From Candidatus Dormiibacterota bacterium (GTDB lineage: Bacteria; Patescibacteriota; Saccharimonadia; UBA4664; DATLOE01): DNA of 64,000 nt. Both the position numbers and the translations under genes were made by a program. The DNA is taken from positions 16,193-80,192 of the forward strand of contig DATLOE010000018.1 of NCBI GenBank assembly GCA_035536395.1, written 5' to 3'. Below the pieces are notes generated by a model that worked only from the letters and a program-made list of their open reading frames with translations, ran no database searches and was not told the DNA's origin. Below are positions 1 to 9,716 of this stretch, piece after piece; position 1 is the stretch's first letter, and each line of letters starts with the position of its first letter.

Positions 1-1117
1 CTGCGGTAGAGTATGTTACTGAGGTATTAAACTTGAACCCAACAGCACTGGCTCCATCGGCTACGCTTGAGAACAGTATGCCGGCTGAAGTGTCTACCCC
101 TAGGTAGGTAGTAGCTCCGGCATCGTTCTGGACTCTAAAGGCAGTGGTTGAGGTCTTTTGGATAGAGTTAGTATTAGAGAAGGTATTGGCTGCACTTAAG
201 AGGGCTACATTACTACTTAAGGCACTGTCTGCTACCTTGCCAGCTGTCGAGATAGTATTAAGTTTAGAGTCAGCTATAGAGCCGGCTAGTTCAGCATTCT
301 CTATCAGCTGGCCTAAGAGTGAGACCGAGGAGTTTAGTCTGGCGTTATCTACTGTGCCAGAGGTTAGTTGAGTGGCATTAAGGGAGGTAAGTAAGACTCC
401 GGAAACAGCTGGCAGTTGGGTGGAGGCGTTTAGCTGTACCAACTGAGAAACCCCATTGAAGGTGTTGCCCTGGATGGTGACGTTGGAGCTTAGTGCACTA
501 TCTGCCACCTTGCCGGCAGTGGAGATTGTCAGCAGTTTACTATCAGAAATACTACCGGCCAGTTCTGCATTCTCTATGGTTTGGCCCAGTAGAGATACAT
601 TGGCAGACAGTCTCCCATCGGCTAGGGTGCCGGAAGATATATTAGTGGCATTAAGGGAGGTTAGTGAAGCACCTGAGCCGCTGAAAGTAGAGGCGATGAT
701 AGTGCCTGAAACATTGATGTTGCCGGTCTCTTGGACTCCGGGAGATGTGGCTTGCAACGATACACAAGTGCCATTAGGGCAGGTGGCAGTGCCAGAAGGG
801 CCCTGGGCACCAGTTGCACCTGTTGCACCAGTGGGGCCAGTTGAGCCTTGAAGACCTTGTTCTCCTTGCGGGCCGGCTGAGCCTTGGAGGCCGGTGGGGC
901 CTGGGGTACCGGCTGAGCCCTGGGGGCCTTGAGGCCCTGCCTCGCCAATCAAACCAACAGTGCCTTGTGATCCAACTGCACCCGTCATCCCCTGCTCGCC
1001 TTTGGGACCACGTTCACCGGGGTAGACAAGATGTCGGTCTGCCAAGAAGCCCGAGGTGGCACCTATAATGGTGGTGATTACAGATATTACTGCGAGCTTG
1101 CCGAAAGTAAGCTTCAT
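1..1117 (-). CDS. Membrane-anchored collagen-repeat/tail-fibre-like surface protein, 3' end outside the window (absent from the ORF track)
   Basis: Hand translation from ATG at 1117: [43 protein letters not shown], then a long Gly-X-Y run. No stop before base 1. N-terminus is paralogous to 16159-18465. Confidence 0.85.
   Translation of the reverse strand, partial: MKLTFGKLAVISVITTIIGATSGFLADRHLVYPGERGPKGEQGMTGAVGSQGTVGLIGEAGPQGPQGSAGTPGPTGLQGSAGPQGEQGLQGSTGPTGATGATGAQGPSGTATCPNGTCVSLQATSPGVQETGNINVSGTIIASTFSGSGASLTSLNATNISSGTLADGRLSANVSLLGQTIENAELAGSISDSKLLTISTAGKVADSALSSNVTIQGNTFNGVSQLVQLNASTQLPAVSGVLLTSLNATQLTSGTVDNARLNSSVSLLGQLIENAELAGSIADSKLNTISTAGKVADSALSSNVALLSAANTFSNTNSIQKTSTTAFRVQNDAGATTYLGVDTSAGILFSSVADGASAVGFKFNTSVTYSTA
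207..665 (-). repeat. Two ~62-aa internal repeats in the collagen-like protein
   Basis: LTSLNAT..SGT...RL...[37 protein letters not shown] occurs twice, 273 bp apart. Confidence 0.85.
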
Positions 1118-1213
1118 AGGCAATAGTTCCCACCAGAAATATGCACGGATATATACTCCAACATATTCTCATTATATTGCTTATGCTTACCTGATGCAAC
1201 AGATTATGACTAA

Positions 1214-1242
1214 TTGACAAAGTATATTAAACATTATACTGT
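1214..1242 (+). promoter_or_regulatory. Sigma70-type promoter of the orphan operon 1285-1975
   Basis: TTGACA (1214-1219), 17 nt, TACTGT; AAGGAG Shine-Dalgarno before ATG 1285. Confidence 0.55.
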
Positions 1243-1284
1243 CGTATAACTTTCTGCTGTCAGAAGATCTCGGAAGGAGTACAA

Positions 1285-1626
1285 ATGGAAATCCAGTTTT
1301 TCATTGGGTTTATTATCACATTTACAGCTTTCGCTTTTCTGTTGCATGGTCGCAACGTGGGGATAGGGCTATTTCTTGGAGTAGTAGTGTGGACAGGCAT
1401 ATGGATGATGGTGGAGTCTACAGAAAATTCGGCCAAGGACAGCGTCCTGTCCAACCTCAGCAAGCGCTGTGTCATAGAAGGCACCGTGTACCAATACCCT
1501 GGGCAAGACGTAAAAGCCGAGACCAAGAAGCTGCGCGAGGCGGTCTTTGACCGAGCCAAGTGCACGGGGTCAATCAGTCTCAAGGTAGTAAAACCCGAAG
1601 CAGCTGGGGGAGTAAATGGCAAATAG
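1285..1626 (+). CDS. Hypothetical membrane protein (two N-terminal TM helices, Cys pair)
   Basis: 113-aa ORF with SD and hydrophobic N-terminus; overlaps the next ORF. Confidence 0.7.
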   Translation: MEIQFFIGFIITFTAFAFLLHGRNVGIGLFLGVVVWTGIWMMVESTENSAKDSVLSNLSKRCVIEGTVYQYPGQDVKAETKKLREAVFDRAKCTGSISLKVVKPEAAGGVNGK

Positions 1627-1975
1627 ACTGTTTACTCTCGCAGCAATAGTGGCAGTTCCGGCTCTAGTGATGGCGGTTGCCTGGGAGAACGTTTGGCTGA
1701 CGATTGCCATTCTGCTTTGCGCGTCGGCAGTCGTAGCCATTCCCATAATCGCCCACCGCTGTACAGACAACGGCCTTTGGCAGAAGTCAGATACTAACCG
1801 CCGGCGCGAACACCGCGCGATAATCGGCGTGCTGCTGGTTTTCGGAATAGCAATATTACTGGCAGCTTTGGGGCGTAATGGTATTCATGAACTTTCGCTT
1901 GGCCTGCTGTGTATCGCCACTCTGCTCTTGGTAGCTGGAGTCGTACTGCAGCCAGCCAAAAAAAGTAAATCATGA
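1616..1975 (+). CDS. Hypothetical 4-TM membrane protein
   Basis: 119-aa hydrophobic ORF, GGGGAG SD, coupled to the upstream ORF. Confidence 0.7.
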   Translation: MANRLFTLAAIVAVPALVMAVAWENVWLTIAILLCASAVVAIPIIAHRCTDNGLWQKSDTNRRREHRAIIGVLLVFGIAILLAALGRNGIHELSLGLLCIATLLLVAGVVLQPAKKSKS

Positions 1976-1981
1976 TGCCCA

Positions 1982-2034
1982 AAGGGGCGTGAGTAGTTCT
2001 TCCGGCAGCCGCCAGATGAACGAAAGCGCCCCTT
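1982..2034 (+). other. 3' hairpin with a loop-E (bulged-G) module
   Basis: AAGGGGCGT/GCGCCCCTT stem, GAGTA/GAAA internal loop, GTTC/GAAC stem. Confidence 0.55.
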
Positions 2035-2590
2035 AAACTTTTTTGTTTTTAATATCTAAAATCTCAATTAAACGGTCTATTAAAGCTTCGGGGTTATCAT
2101 CGAACAGCACGGTGTGGCGGCGGCGCCTGGCGGCCTTAAGCACCTCGGCAATCGCGTCACTTATCCCACCCGAGCCAATTATTACCCCAATCGGCGTCTT
2201 CTCCTCAAAAGCGATAGAGAACTCCTGCATGGTGCCGATTCGCCCGCCAATAGTCACCAGCGCATCGCTGGCCCGGACCAGCAACAAGTCGCGCCCGGTA
2301 TAGCCGAACCCGGTACATACTATACTGTCGTACGATTTATATGGAAGCTTATAGGTATTAATGTGTTCACGGCGGCTGATGGCCGGGGAGAAACCAATTG
2401 AAACCCCGCCGGCCTTTTTGGCACCCATAGCCGCAAAATCGGGCAGCCCGGTGGTGGCGCCGGTTAGAAGCACATGCCCGCGCTTAGCAACACATACACC
2501 GGCTCGCTCGGCCAGCAGGTAAGATTTTTTAACGCTGCTGCCGCGAGCAGCACCGGAGACGCATATTTGATAGGGGTACTTTTTGCTCAT
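2033..2590 (-). CDS. LOG/SLOG-family (TIGR00725-like) nucleotide-binding protein
   Basis: LLTGATTGLP, GFSP, TGFGYTGRD and GGRIGTMQE motifs. Confidence 0.8.
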   Translation of the reverse strand: MSKKYPYQICVSGAARGSSVKKSYLLAERAGVCVAKRGHVLLTGATTGLPDFAAMGAKKAGGVSIGFSPAISRREHINTYKLPYKSYDSIVCTGFGYTGRDLLLVRASDALVTIGGRIGTMQEFSIAFEEKTPIGVIIGSGGISDAIAEVLKAARRRRHTVLFDDNPEALIDRLIEILDIKNKKV

Positions 2591-2603
2591 GCTTCTCCTA
2601 TCA

Positions 2604-3830
2604 TCAAAGCTTTTCCGGGGCAATTAGATCATTATTCAGCTTAACCAGTAACTGCTCTTCTAGCACTTTCTGCCCCATATAGCGGGCAAAGATCTCATTC
2701 CACAGCGATTCCCGGAAATGATATAAGTACCGGTCTTGGTATTTGAGTCCGTTAGAATAACTAAGCGAAATATCCATGAGATTGAAAGTAACGGGACCGT
2801 CTGGCTTCATAACCGCCACATAATCCATATCGCGCCAGGCAGTAAGGTACGGATCGACTTCATACAGAAGTTCCTCAGCCTTGCGCCAATGTAAATCCTC
2901 TGGCTGAACGTGGGGTTCAAAAATCTCGGGATGCGGCTCATTTTTTAGCTTACCAAAGTAGCGCTGTATAACCCGCCAGTGGATGTTCTGCCCTTGGGTA
3001 ATCGGAATATTCGGGGTATCGGCAATTAGGGTAGTGGCGACAATTTCACCAAAGTTCTGCTTGTTCTTAATCAGTTTAAAGAAAGAGCTGTACAAGCGGA
3101 TTTCATTAAAATAGTGGAAGATTAGCGGCATAATTTTAAGCGTGACACCCGGCATATGTTTGATTTTAATCGGCAGAATACAGATGGCGCCTAGCTCTTT
3201 GAGGTTGGTAATGTTATGCAGCTTCTTGGCTACAAAATGCTCGGTAATGCCGCCCCACTTTTTAGCATCAAAGCGGATTATCTGAATGTCACGCGGCTCA
3301 AAATCGCTGTGTTTCAGCTGAGCATACTGTGCATTAAACTCGTTCAGCCAATCGGCAGTTTCGGCAAAGCGTAGTGCACCGTAGATTTCAAAAACGTTTT
3401 CGTTCCGCAGCATTTCGGCCAGGTTCTTATAGCCCAGATGCTTTATAACCTCCTTAGGCGGCATTTTCTTCAGCAGTGCTTCAGCGACCTTCACCTTCAG
3501 GAAGCAGCCGGAGCGCGGCATATCTACCTGCTGGACATGCTTAAGAATCAGTGGAATCATCTGCGCTACATCGGCTGGATCACTGCCCCCGATAGCCTCA
3601 GCTAGTTGATGATCGTGCTTGGCTACTTGATCTATTAATGCCTGATACAGCTCGGGACCGGTACATTCCGGATCTAGCTTTAAACGCTTAATAAACTCGG
3701 CCGATTTTGTAGCTACTTCCGCCGTCAGCGCCACATCTACACCCTTGCGCCCGCTGCGATCCTCTAGTTGTTTTAGTGCTGTATCAAAGAGCGGCTGTTT
3801 GGCCTGTAAAAATTCCCCCAAGCGGCTCAT
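2604..3830 (-). CDS. Hypothetical protein, 408 aa
   Basis: Long ORF coupled to the PfkB kinase; no family recognised. Confidence 0.8.
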   Translation of the reverse strand: MSRLGEFLQAKQPLFDTALKQLEDRSGRKGVDVALTAEVATKSAEFIKRLKLDPECTGPELYQALIDQVAKHDHQLAEAIGGSDPADVAQMIPLILKHVQQVDMPRSGCFLKVKVAEALLKKMPPKEVIKHLGYKNLAEMLRNENVFEIYGALRFAETADWLNEFNAQYAQLKHSDFEPRDIQIIRFDAKKWGGITEHFVAKKLHNITNLKELGAICILPIKIKHMPGVTLKIMPLIFHYFNEIRLYSSFFKLIKNKQNFGEIVATTLIADTPNIPITQGQNIHWRVIQRYFGKLKNEPHPEIFEPHVQPEDLHWRKAEELLYEVDPYLTAWRDMDYVAVMKPDGPVTFNLMDISLSYSNGLKYQDRYLYHFRESLWNEIFARYMGQKVLEEQLLVKLNNDLIAPEKL

Positions 3831-4801
3831 ATGGAGGCTCTTTTTACTTTCATCCGCTTAACTTTATGCCCTTCCCGTAAAATTCCGGCTTTGGCTCCGA
3901 TCTGCTCCACTACAGAGGTCGAATTAGCGCTGCCTAGGCTCATGGCGTCTTCTATCGGCATGCCTTTGGCAATCGCGGCTACGAACCCAGAGCAAAAGGC
4001 GTCACCCGCGCCCAGCCTATCCACCACCTTCACCTTCTTATACTGACCGGTGTAGTAAATGATATTACCGACGGTAGCATAGCTGCCGCGAGGGCCGTCT
4101 GTCATCACCACGTAATGGCATTCCGGCATCGCGTTTACCATAGTTTCTACCGGCGTTTCGCCGCCGAACAGCAGCTGCATCTCTTGGCGGTTGGCCATTA
4201 GTATATGCACTTGGCTGAGCAGTTTGCGCAGCTTAGCGGCATTGGCCAGTTCTCCCCCGCCGGGGTTGAGTGCTACTTTTATGTTGTACTTACTTGCATG
4301 CAGCAATAAGCGCTTGAGTAATTCCAGATTACCGCTAAGCGAAGAGATGTAGAACCAATCGGCATCCAGAACTTGATTATAAAAATCCTCAGGGCGCAAA
4401 TAACTGGAGGCTCCACGATAAGAGAGAATAGTACGCTCACCATTGGGGGCCAGCAGAATAGTGGAGTATCCGGTGCCATGCTTGTGGTCTATTTTTACAT
4501 GACTGGTAATAATGCCCTCTTTCTTGAGTACCCTCATAATCTCGGCGCCGGCCGGATCGCGGCCGATTTTGCCAGAATATGAACTAGTGAGGCCTTGGCG
4601 GGCAAAGGTCACGGCCGCATTAGCCGCTCCGCCGCCAGTATCGTAATGCACAGCCTCAATATCGAGCTTGGCGCCCAGCGGAAACTGCTCCACATAGCTA
4701 TGGGTGCGTACATCACGCTTAGCTGCCAAGTTCTTGCCCATTAAAAACACATCTTGAGTGGCCGAACCGATAGAAATTACTCTGATATGCGAATGATCCA
4801 T
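3827..4801 (-). CDS. PfkB-family carbohydrate kinase
   Basis: GGGAANAA and DRLGAGDAF signatures. Confidence 0.9.
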   Translation of the reverse strand: MDHSHIRVISIGSATQDVFLMGKNLAAKRDVRTHSYVEQFPLGAKLDIEAVHYDTGGGAANAAVTFARQGLTSSYSGKIGRDPAGAEIMRVLKKEGIITSHVKIDHKHGTGYSTILLAPNGERTILSYRGASSYLRPEDFYNQVLDADWFYISSLSGNLELLKRLLLHASKYNIKVALNPGGGELANAAKLRKLLSQVHILMANRQEMQLLFGGETPVETMVNAMPECHYVVMTDGPRGSYATVGNIIYYTGQYKKVKVVDRLGAGDAFCSGFVAAIAKGMPIEDAMSLGSANSTSVVEQIGAKAGILREGHKVKRMKVKRASI

Positions 4802-4878
4802 TTGCCTTAATTATACCGGTTATGGTTTAAAAAATATATCGTTTTTTGCAAAGTTTTCAGATTAAAGCTTGTAAATAT

Positions 4879-5442
4879 TTACTGCAGTGGCTTGGCGGTT
4901 TCAAAGGCTTGCTTCAGAAGCTTTTTCTGCTTGTCGGCCAGGCCTTTGGCCTCAGCAATATCTGAGCAGTAGGCCTGAGGTTCAGAAAATTCCACATGCA
5001 CGCTGCCAACCTTCTTGGCAGCCCCCGAATTGGGCAGGCTCAGCACCGAAGGGTCGCTGCCGAATTTAGTCATGGCGCCGATGGGTCCTTGCGCGGCAGC
5101 GCAGCCGGTATCAAGCTTGAGAAGCGACTTAGTGCTGAAGTAAACATAGGTGGCAGTGTAGGCCTTGCCGTTTGCGTCTGTTTCCTGCTGGTCGGCCTTG
5201 GTGTAGTAGATTAAGTCATCAAGCCCTTCGGGCAGAGTCATCTTAATGCCGAGCTCTTTTATACTAATGCTGCTTTCTTTCTTCTTTTCGGTCTTTTGCT
5301 CTTTTGCGCTGTTTTCCTGCACGGTGCGAATCTGAGTAGCCTGCCAGTACGCAAACCCAGCCAGAGCCAGAATAATCACTATTAAGATTATCTCGAATAA
5401 AAGCGTTCCGCGTTGGTTCTTAATTAAGTTTTTCATGCTCAC
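4879..5442 (-). CDS. Prepilin-like protein
   Basis: NQRG|TLLFE followed by a hydrophobic helix (class III signal, E at +5); C-terminal Cys pair. Confidence 0.65.
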   Translation of the reverse strand: MSMKNLIKNQRGTLLFEIILIVIILALAGFAYWQATQIRTVQENSAKEQKTEKKKESSISIKELGIKMTLPEGLDDLIYYTKADQQETDANGKAYTATYVYFSTKSLLKLDTGCAAAQGPIGAMTKFGSDPSVLSLPNSGAAKKVGSVHVEFSEPQAYCSDIAEAKGLADKQKKLLKQAFETAKPLQ

Positions 5443-5499
5443 TTCCTTGATTCTTCTTATGCTTAATAATGCCTTTTTACGGCCAAAAAGTCAAATTCT

Positions 5500-6393
5500 C
5501 TACTGTTTATTTGTAGAGGCATCGTATACGGCTGCAATAGTATCCTCTAGCATCTTATTAAACTCTTCATCGGTCTGGCTGGCACTTAAGCCCTCCGAGA
5601 GTGCTCTGTTAAAGCTGGCTATAACATTATGATTGCGCTTTAAGCGAACGCAAGCTTCGCGGGTTCCATAGCCCCCTGATAGCGCCAGAACTCTGATGAC
5701 CCGAGGATGCTCGGTAAGCGGGCGGTAAAAATCATCCTCCTCCGGCAAGGTCAGCTTAAGCATGACTTCCTGACCTGGGTTTAGGGCATCCAGCTCTGAC
5801 TGCAGTTGGCTGCGCAGCTCCTGCTCGCACTCAGCCTTATCCGCGGCATGAATGTCTACTTCGGGTTCTACGATCGGTACCAACCCGGCAGCTGTCACTT
5901 GGCGCGCAAACTCAAACTGCTGGCTGACTGCCTCGGCGATACCGGCCTTGGAGTAGCTTTTGATAAGCGAGCGCATCTTGGTGCCGAAGATGTTCTTCCC
6001 AGCGGCAAACGCGAGCAGCTCTGGCAGTCCTGGCACCGGCTTCATTAGCTGCACCCCATTTGATTCCTCGGCTAAACCATTATCGGTCTTCAGGAATGGC
6101 ACAATCTGTTTACGCTGCCACAAGTAATCAGCGCTATCCAGACCGTCTATCTGGCTCTCCGCGGTAGCCTTGAATAGAATCGCGCCTAATATACACTCGC
6201 CGCTAAAGGCTGGGCTGGTGACTATTCTAGTGCGCATTTTGTGGACCAGCTCAAACATTTCGGCCTCACTGGAGTACGCGCTCTCTGGTATGCCGTAGCT
6301 AGCCAAGGCGCCAGGTGTGCTGCCGCCACTTTGATCTAGGGCCGCAATGAACCCTTTACCTTGTTTGATTTTTTCTAATTGCTCACTACGCAT
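5500..6393 (-). CDS. fda: Class I fructose-bisphosphate aldolase
   Basis: GFIAALDQSGGSTP, FGTKMRS, LVPIVEPEV and ALSGGY motifs. Confidence 0.92.
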   Translation of the reverse strand: MRSEQLEKIKQGKGFIAALDQSGGSTPGALASYGIPESAYSSEAEMFELVHKMRTRIVTSPAFSGECILGAILFKATAESQIDGLDSADYLWQRKQIVPFLKTDNGLAEESNGVQLMKPVPGLPELLAFAAGKNIFGTKMRSLIKSYSKAGIAEAVSQQFEFARQVTAAGLVPIVEPEVDIHAADKAECEQELRSQLQSELDALNPGQEVMLKLTLPEEDDFYRPLTEHPRVIRVLALSGGYGTREACVRLKRNHNVIASFNRALSEGLSASQTDEEFNKMLEDTIAAVYDASTNKQ

Positions 6394-6394
6394 A

Positions 6395-6808
6395 TCAGGC
6401 CTCAATTAAAGCTAGGTTACCATTAATGATGGTCGGCTGCATTCCCAGTAACTCATCACGCAAGATGCCATTTGGTACTGGATTATAAAAAAATATTTTC
6501 TTACCTAGCTCAAACGCTTTGTAAATTTCTAAAAAAGTCGCTCCGCCAATATAATTTTCTTGATCGTCTTTCTTATAATTAATCACTAAGATCGCATCGT
6601 TCAAAGCAATCTTTTTATTTTGCTCCTTAATCATCTCTGCCTTCCACTCAGCATGAGTAAGTTCGCCTTTGACACGCATTTCATCTTCGCGAGCAGGATT
6701 ATCAAAACTGTTTGGAAGGGTTATGGTGTGACCAGCTTCCTCGAGTGGTTTTTTAATTTCTAAAACTTTGTCATAAAACGCCTTACTGCAAACGATGAAA
6801 ATTCTCAT
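6395..6808 (-). CDS. Hypothetical protein, nucleoside 2-deoxyribosyltransferase-like fold
   Basis: DAILV and YIGGATFLEI..A..LGK pattern; visibly AT-richer than its neighbours. Confidence 0.55.
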   Translation of the reverse strand: MRIFIVCSKAFYDKVLEIKKPLEEAGHTITLPNSFDNPAREDEMRVKGELTHAEWKAEMIKEQNKKIALNDAILVINYKKDDQENYIGGATFLEIYKAFELGKKIFFYNPVPNGILRDELLGMQPTIINGNLALIEA

Positions 6809-7767
6809 TTAACAAGTTCCTCGACAATTTTAACAATATGCGGGGCGGTCAGACCGAAATGCTCAAGCAGCTCATCTGGCTTGCCCGATTCACCGAACCT
6901 ATCTTTCATTCCAATCCTTCTTAGCGGCACGGGGTGGTTTTCGCCGACTAGTTCGGCAATCGCTCCGCCCAGGCCGCCGTTAATCTGAGCTTCTTCAACC
7001 GTAACCACTCGGCCGGTCTTGCGGATGGAAGCCAGCAAGGTCATTGTATCAAGCGGCTTTACAACCGGCACGTTTATGACCTCGGCCTTAATCTTCTTTT
7101 TAGCGAGCATCTCCGCTGCCTCAAGCGCTTGGTAGACCATCGGCCCGCAGGCCGCTATTGTGACATCGCTGCCCTCGCGGAATACCTGGGCTTTGCCCAG
7201 TGCAAAAGGCGTCTCGGCCGTTGTTACAATCGGAGACTTTTCGCGCGCCAGGCGGATATAGGCCGGGCCGGTGTGGGCGGCAATGGCCATGGTAGCCTTT
7301 TCGGCCTCCAGGCTGTCGCAGGGCACTACTACCATCATATTCGGCAGCGCGCGCATTAGGGCGATGTCTTCCAGCATCTGGTGGGTGGCGCCGTCTGGGC
7401 CCACCGATACTCCAGCATGGGAGCCGGCAATTTTAACGTTAGTATCATTCAGGCAGATGGTGGTGCGAATCTGCTCCCAGTTGCGCCCGGGGGAGAATGC
7501 CGCGTAAGAGGAAACGAACGGTACCTTGCCCACAAGGGCCATTCCGGCCGCAACCGTCACTAAGTTCTGCTCGGCCACGCCGACTTCCACGAAACGTTCG
7601 GGGAAAGCCTTGGCGAATCCGTCCATTTTGGTCGATTCGGTCAGGTCCGCGCACAGAGCCACAATCTGCCCATTGCGCTCCCCGGCCGTCACTAGCCCAC
7701 GACCGAAGCCGACGCGAATCGCCTCCTGCTCAACCTCCTTCTTATGCAAGTCTGGGTTGAGCTTCAT
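6805..7767 (-). CDS. Transketolase C-terminal subunit
   Basis: EVGVAEQN, GPDGATHQ and DRFGESG motifs. Confidence 0.93.
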   Translation of the reverse strand: MKLNPDLHKKEVEQEAIRVGFGRGLVTAGERNGQIVALCADLTESTKMDGFAKAFPERFVEVGVAEQNLVTVAAGMALVGKVPFVSSYAAFSPGRNWEQIRTTICLNDTNVKIAGSHAGVSVGPDGATHQMLEDIALMRALPNMMVVVPCDSLEAEKATMAIAAHTGPAYIRLAREKSPIVTTAETPFALGKAQVFREGSDVTIAACGPMVYQALEAAEMLAKKKIKAEVINVPVVKPLDTMTLLASIRKTGRVVTVEEAQINGGLGGAIAELVGENHPVPLRRIGMKDRFGESGKPDELLEHFGLTAPHIVKIVEELVK

Positions 7768-8612
7768 TCGTGCTCTCCACGAATACGCCCTTTAAGCGTT
7801 CTCAATTCATGCAAAGCTTTTTTGGCCTCCTCTTTATTCGGCGGTTTGCCGTGCCAGCGGAAATCATGCTCCATAAAGTCCACTCCCTTGCCCGGTGTGG
7901 TGTAGGCGATTATTACGGTCGGTTGTTCGCTGACTGATTTAGCCATATTGCAGGCATCAATAACTTGCTGCATATTATGGCCGTCGATTTCAACTACGTG
8001 CCAGCCGAATGCCCGCCACTTGGCCGGCAGGTCTTCCAGCGGCATTACGGTCTCGGTTGGGCCATCGATCTGAATATTATTGCGGTCGATAATGGCGGTA
8101 AGATTATGCAGATTGTATTTGGCGCCGAACAGAGCGGCCTCCCAAATGTTCCCCTCCTCCAGCTCGCCGTCGCTCATCAAGCAGTATATACGTCTATCTT
8201 TTACGCCATCTATTTTCAGTGCCATTGCCATACCACAGGCCTGAGAAAGCCCGCTGCCCAAGGGGCCGCTAGTGGTTTCCATACCCGGCAGGCGTTTGCG
8301 CTCCGGATGGCCCTGCAGTCGGGAGCTGAATTTGCGCAGAGTCGCAAGCTCACTAACGGGAAAATACCCGGCCCTAGCCATAGTGGCATAACGCACCGGC
8401 ACAATGTGGCCATTCGAAAGCACTAGCCTATCGCGCTCCGGCCAATCGGGGTCCTTTGGGTCGTGGCGCAGAATTCTAAAGTACAGGGCCGTAAAAATAT
8501 CGGCCATGCCAAGCGGGCCGGCCGAGTGCCCGCTGCCGGCTTGTACCAGCATCTTAATTATGTCCTGCCGGATCTCGTTAGCCTGCTTCTCTAGCTGGGG
8601 TATCGTCATCAT
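7764..8612 (-). CDS. Transketolase N-terminal subunit
   Basis: GSGH, LSNGH, LQGHP and the SDGELEEG..N TPP motif. Confidence 0.93.
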   Translation of the reverse strand: MMTIPQLEKQANEIRQDIIKMLVQAGSGHSAGPLGMADIFTALYFRILRHDPKDPDWPERDRLVLSNGHIVPVRYATMARAGYFPVSELATLRKFSSRLQGHPERKRLPGMETTSGPLGSGLSQACGMAMALKIDGVKDRRIYCLMSDGELEEGNIWEAALFGAKYNLHNLTAIIDRNNIQIDGPTETVMPLEDLPAKWRAFGWHVVEIDGHNMQQVIDACNMAKSVSEQPTVIIAYTTPGKGVDFMEHDFRWHGKPPNKEEAKKALHELRTLKGRIRGEHE

Positions 8613-9256
8613 CCCGATTTCCTCGCAGACTCAGCTGCGTTTACCAAAGTCTTATAAGCAGCTTGCGGATCCTGAGCAGAATGAATATACCCACCGGCAT
8701 AAAGCACGTCGGCGCCGGCCAGGGCCGCCTCGCGCGCGGTAGAATCATTAATTCCCCCGTCTACGCTAATCTCCAGCTCAGGCTTAAGCTGGCGGAGCTT
8801 TGCGATTTTTGCCAGCTGGTCGGCCTGGAACTTCCCGCCGTTATAGCCGAGATGTCCGGTAAATACCAATACGTGATCGATGCTAGGCAGCAAAGACTGA
8901 ACCATTTCAGGTGTGGAGCTCGGTAGCAGGGCCAGACCAGTACGAATATGCAGATCGCGGCACTTTTGCAATAAGGCAGCTTTATCTCCCTCTGACTCAA
9001 AATGAAAAATTATTAGGTCGGGCTTAAGGCTAGCGGCGGTTTCGAAGTGCTCGGCCGGGGTACCGACCATCAAATGCAGATCTAGCTTTACCTCGGGCAA
9101 GCCATAGGCCTGGGCCAGGCCGATGGTAGGATTATCGGTAAACTTGCCGTCTGAGATATCAATATGAATGCGCCTGGCAAAAGGTTTAAGCTTTTCTATC
9201 TTTAGCGCAAACTCCTCTTTGGAGGTAGCTAAAATTGTCGGTACGATTTCTATCAT
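8609..9256 (-). CDS. rpe: Ribulose-phosphate 3-epimerase
   Basis: HIDISDG, DLHLMV and VDGGIN motifs. Confidence 0.9.
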   Translation of the reverse strand: MIEIVPTILATSKEEFALKIEKLKPFARRIHIDISDGKFTDNPTIGLAQAYGLPEVKLDLHLMVGTPAEHFETAASLKPDLIIFHFESEGDKAALLQKCRDLHIRTGLALLPSSTPEMVQSLLPSIDHVLVFTGHLGYNGGKFQADQLAKIAKLRQLKPELEISVDGGINDSTAREAALAGADVLYAGGYIHSAQDPQAAYKTLVNAAESARKSG

Positions 9257-9259
9257 GGC

Positions 9260-9703
9260 TCAACCATATAATTGTTCTATCTGCTGGATCCTTCTCACAT
9301 ATCTCTCTTCGCCAGAGAACGCCTGCTCCAGAAAGTTATCCACAATCGCAAGCGCCGTGTCCATATCTATCATATGGGCGGGAAGTACTAGAATGTTGGC
9401 GTCGTCGTCGTGCCGGGCGGCCCTAGCCTCAGCCGGGCTCCAAATAAGCGCTGCACGTATGCCGCGTACACGGTTAGCCGCAATCGCCATACCCTGGCCG
9501 CTGCCGCAGACCAGAATACCAAATGCCTTTTCTTCCCCCAGTACCTCGGTGGCTACAGAGTAGGCATACTTAGGATAATCATCAGCCGCATCCAAAGTTA
9601 TTGCCCCCTTGTCTTCCACCTCATAATTCGAATGCTGCAGATGCTCGCGAATCGCATTCTTCATCTCAAATCCGTTGTGATCAGTTCCCAGAAAAACTTT
9701 CAT
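9260..9703 (-). CDS. rpiB: Ribose-5-phosphate isomerase B
   Basis: DHNG, DYP and CGSGQGMAIAANR motifs. Confidence 0.92.
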   Translation of the reverse strand: MKVFLGTDHNGFEMKNAIREHLQHSNYEVEDKGAITLDAADDYPKYAYSVATEVLGEEKAFGILVCGSGQGMAIAANRVRGIRAALIWSPAEARAARHDDDANILVLPAHMIDMDTALAIVDNFLEQAFSGEERYVRRIQQIEQLYG

Positions 9704-9716
9704 GATTGCTCCTTAC

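Noticed and set aside
1982-2034. Second hammerhead (TGAGTA...GAAA)
   Set aside because: Core is not CUGANGA, and there is no third stem or NUH site; it fits loop E better.
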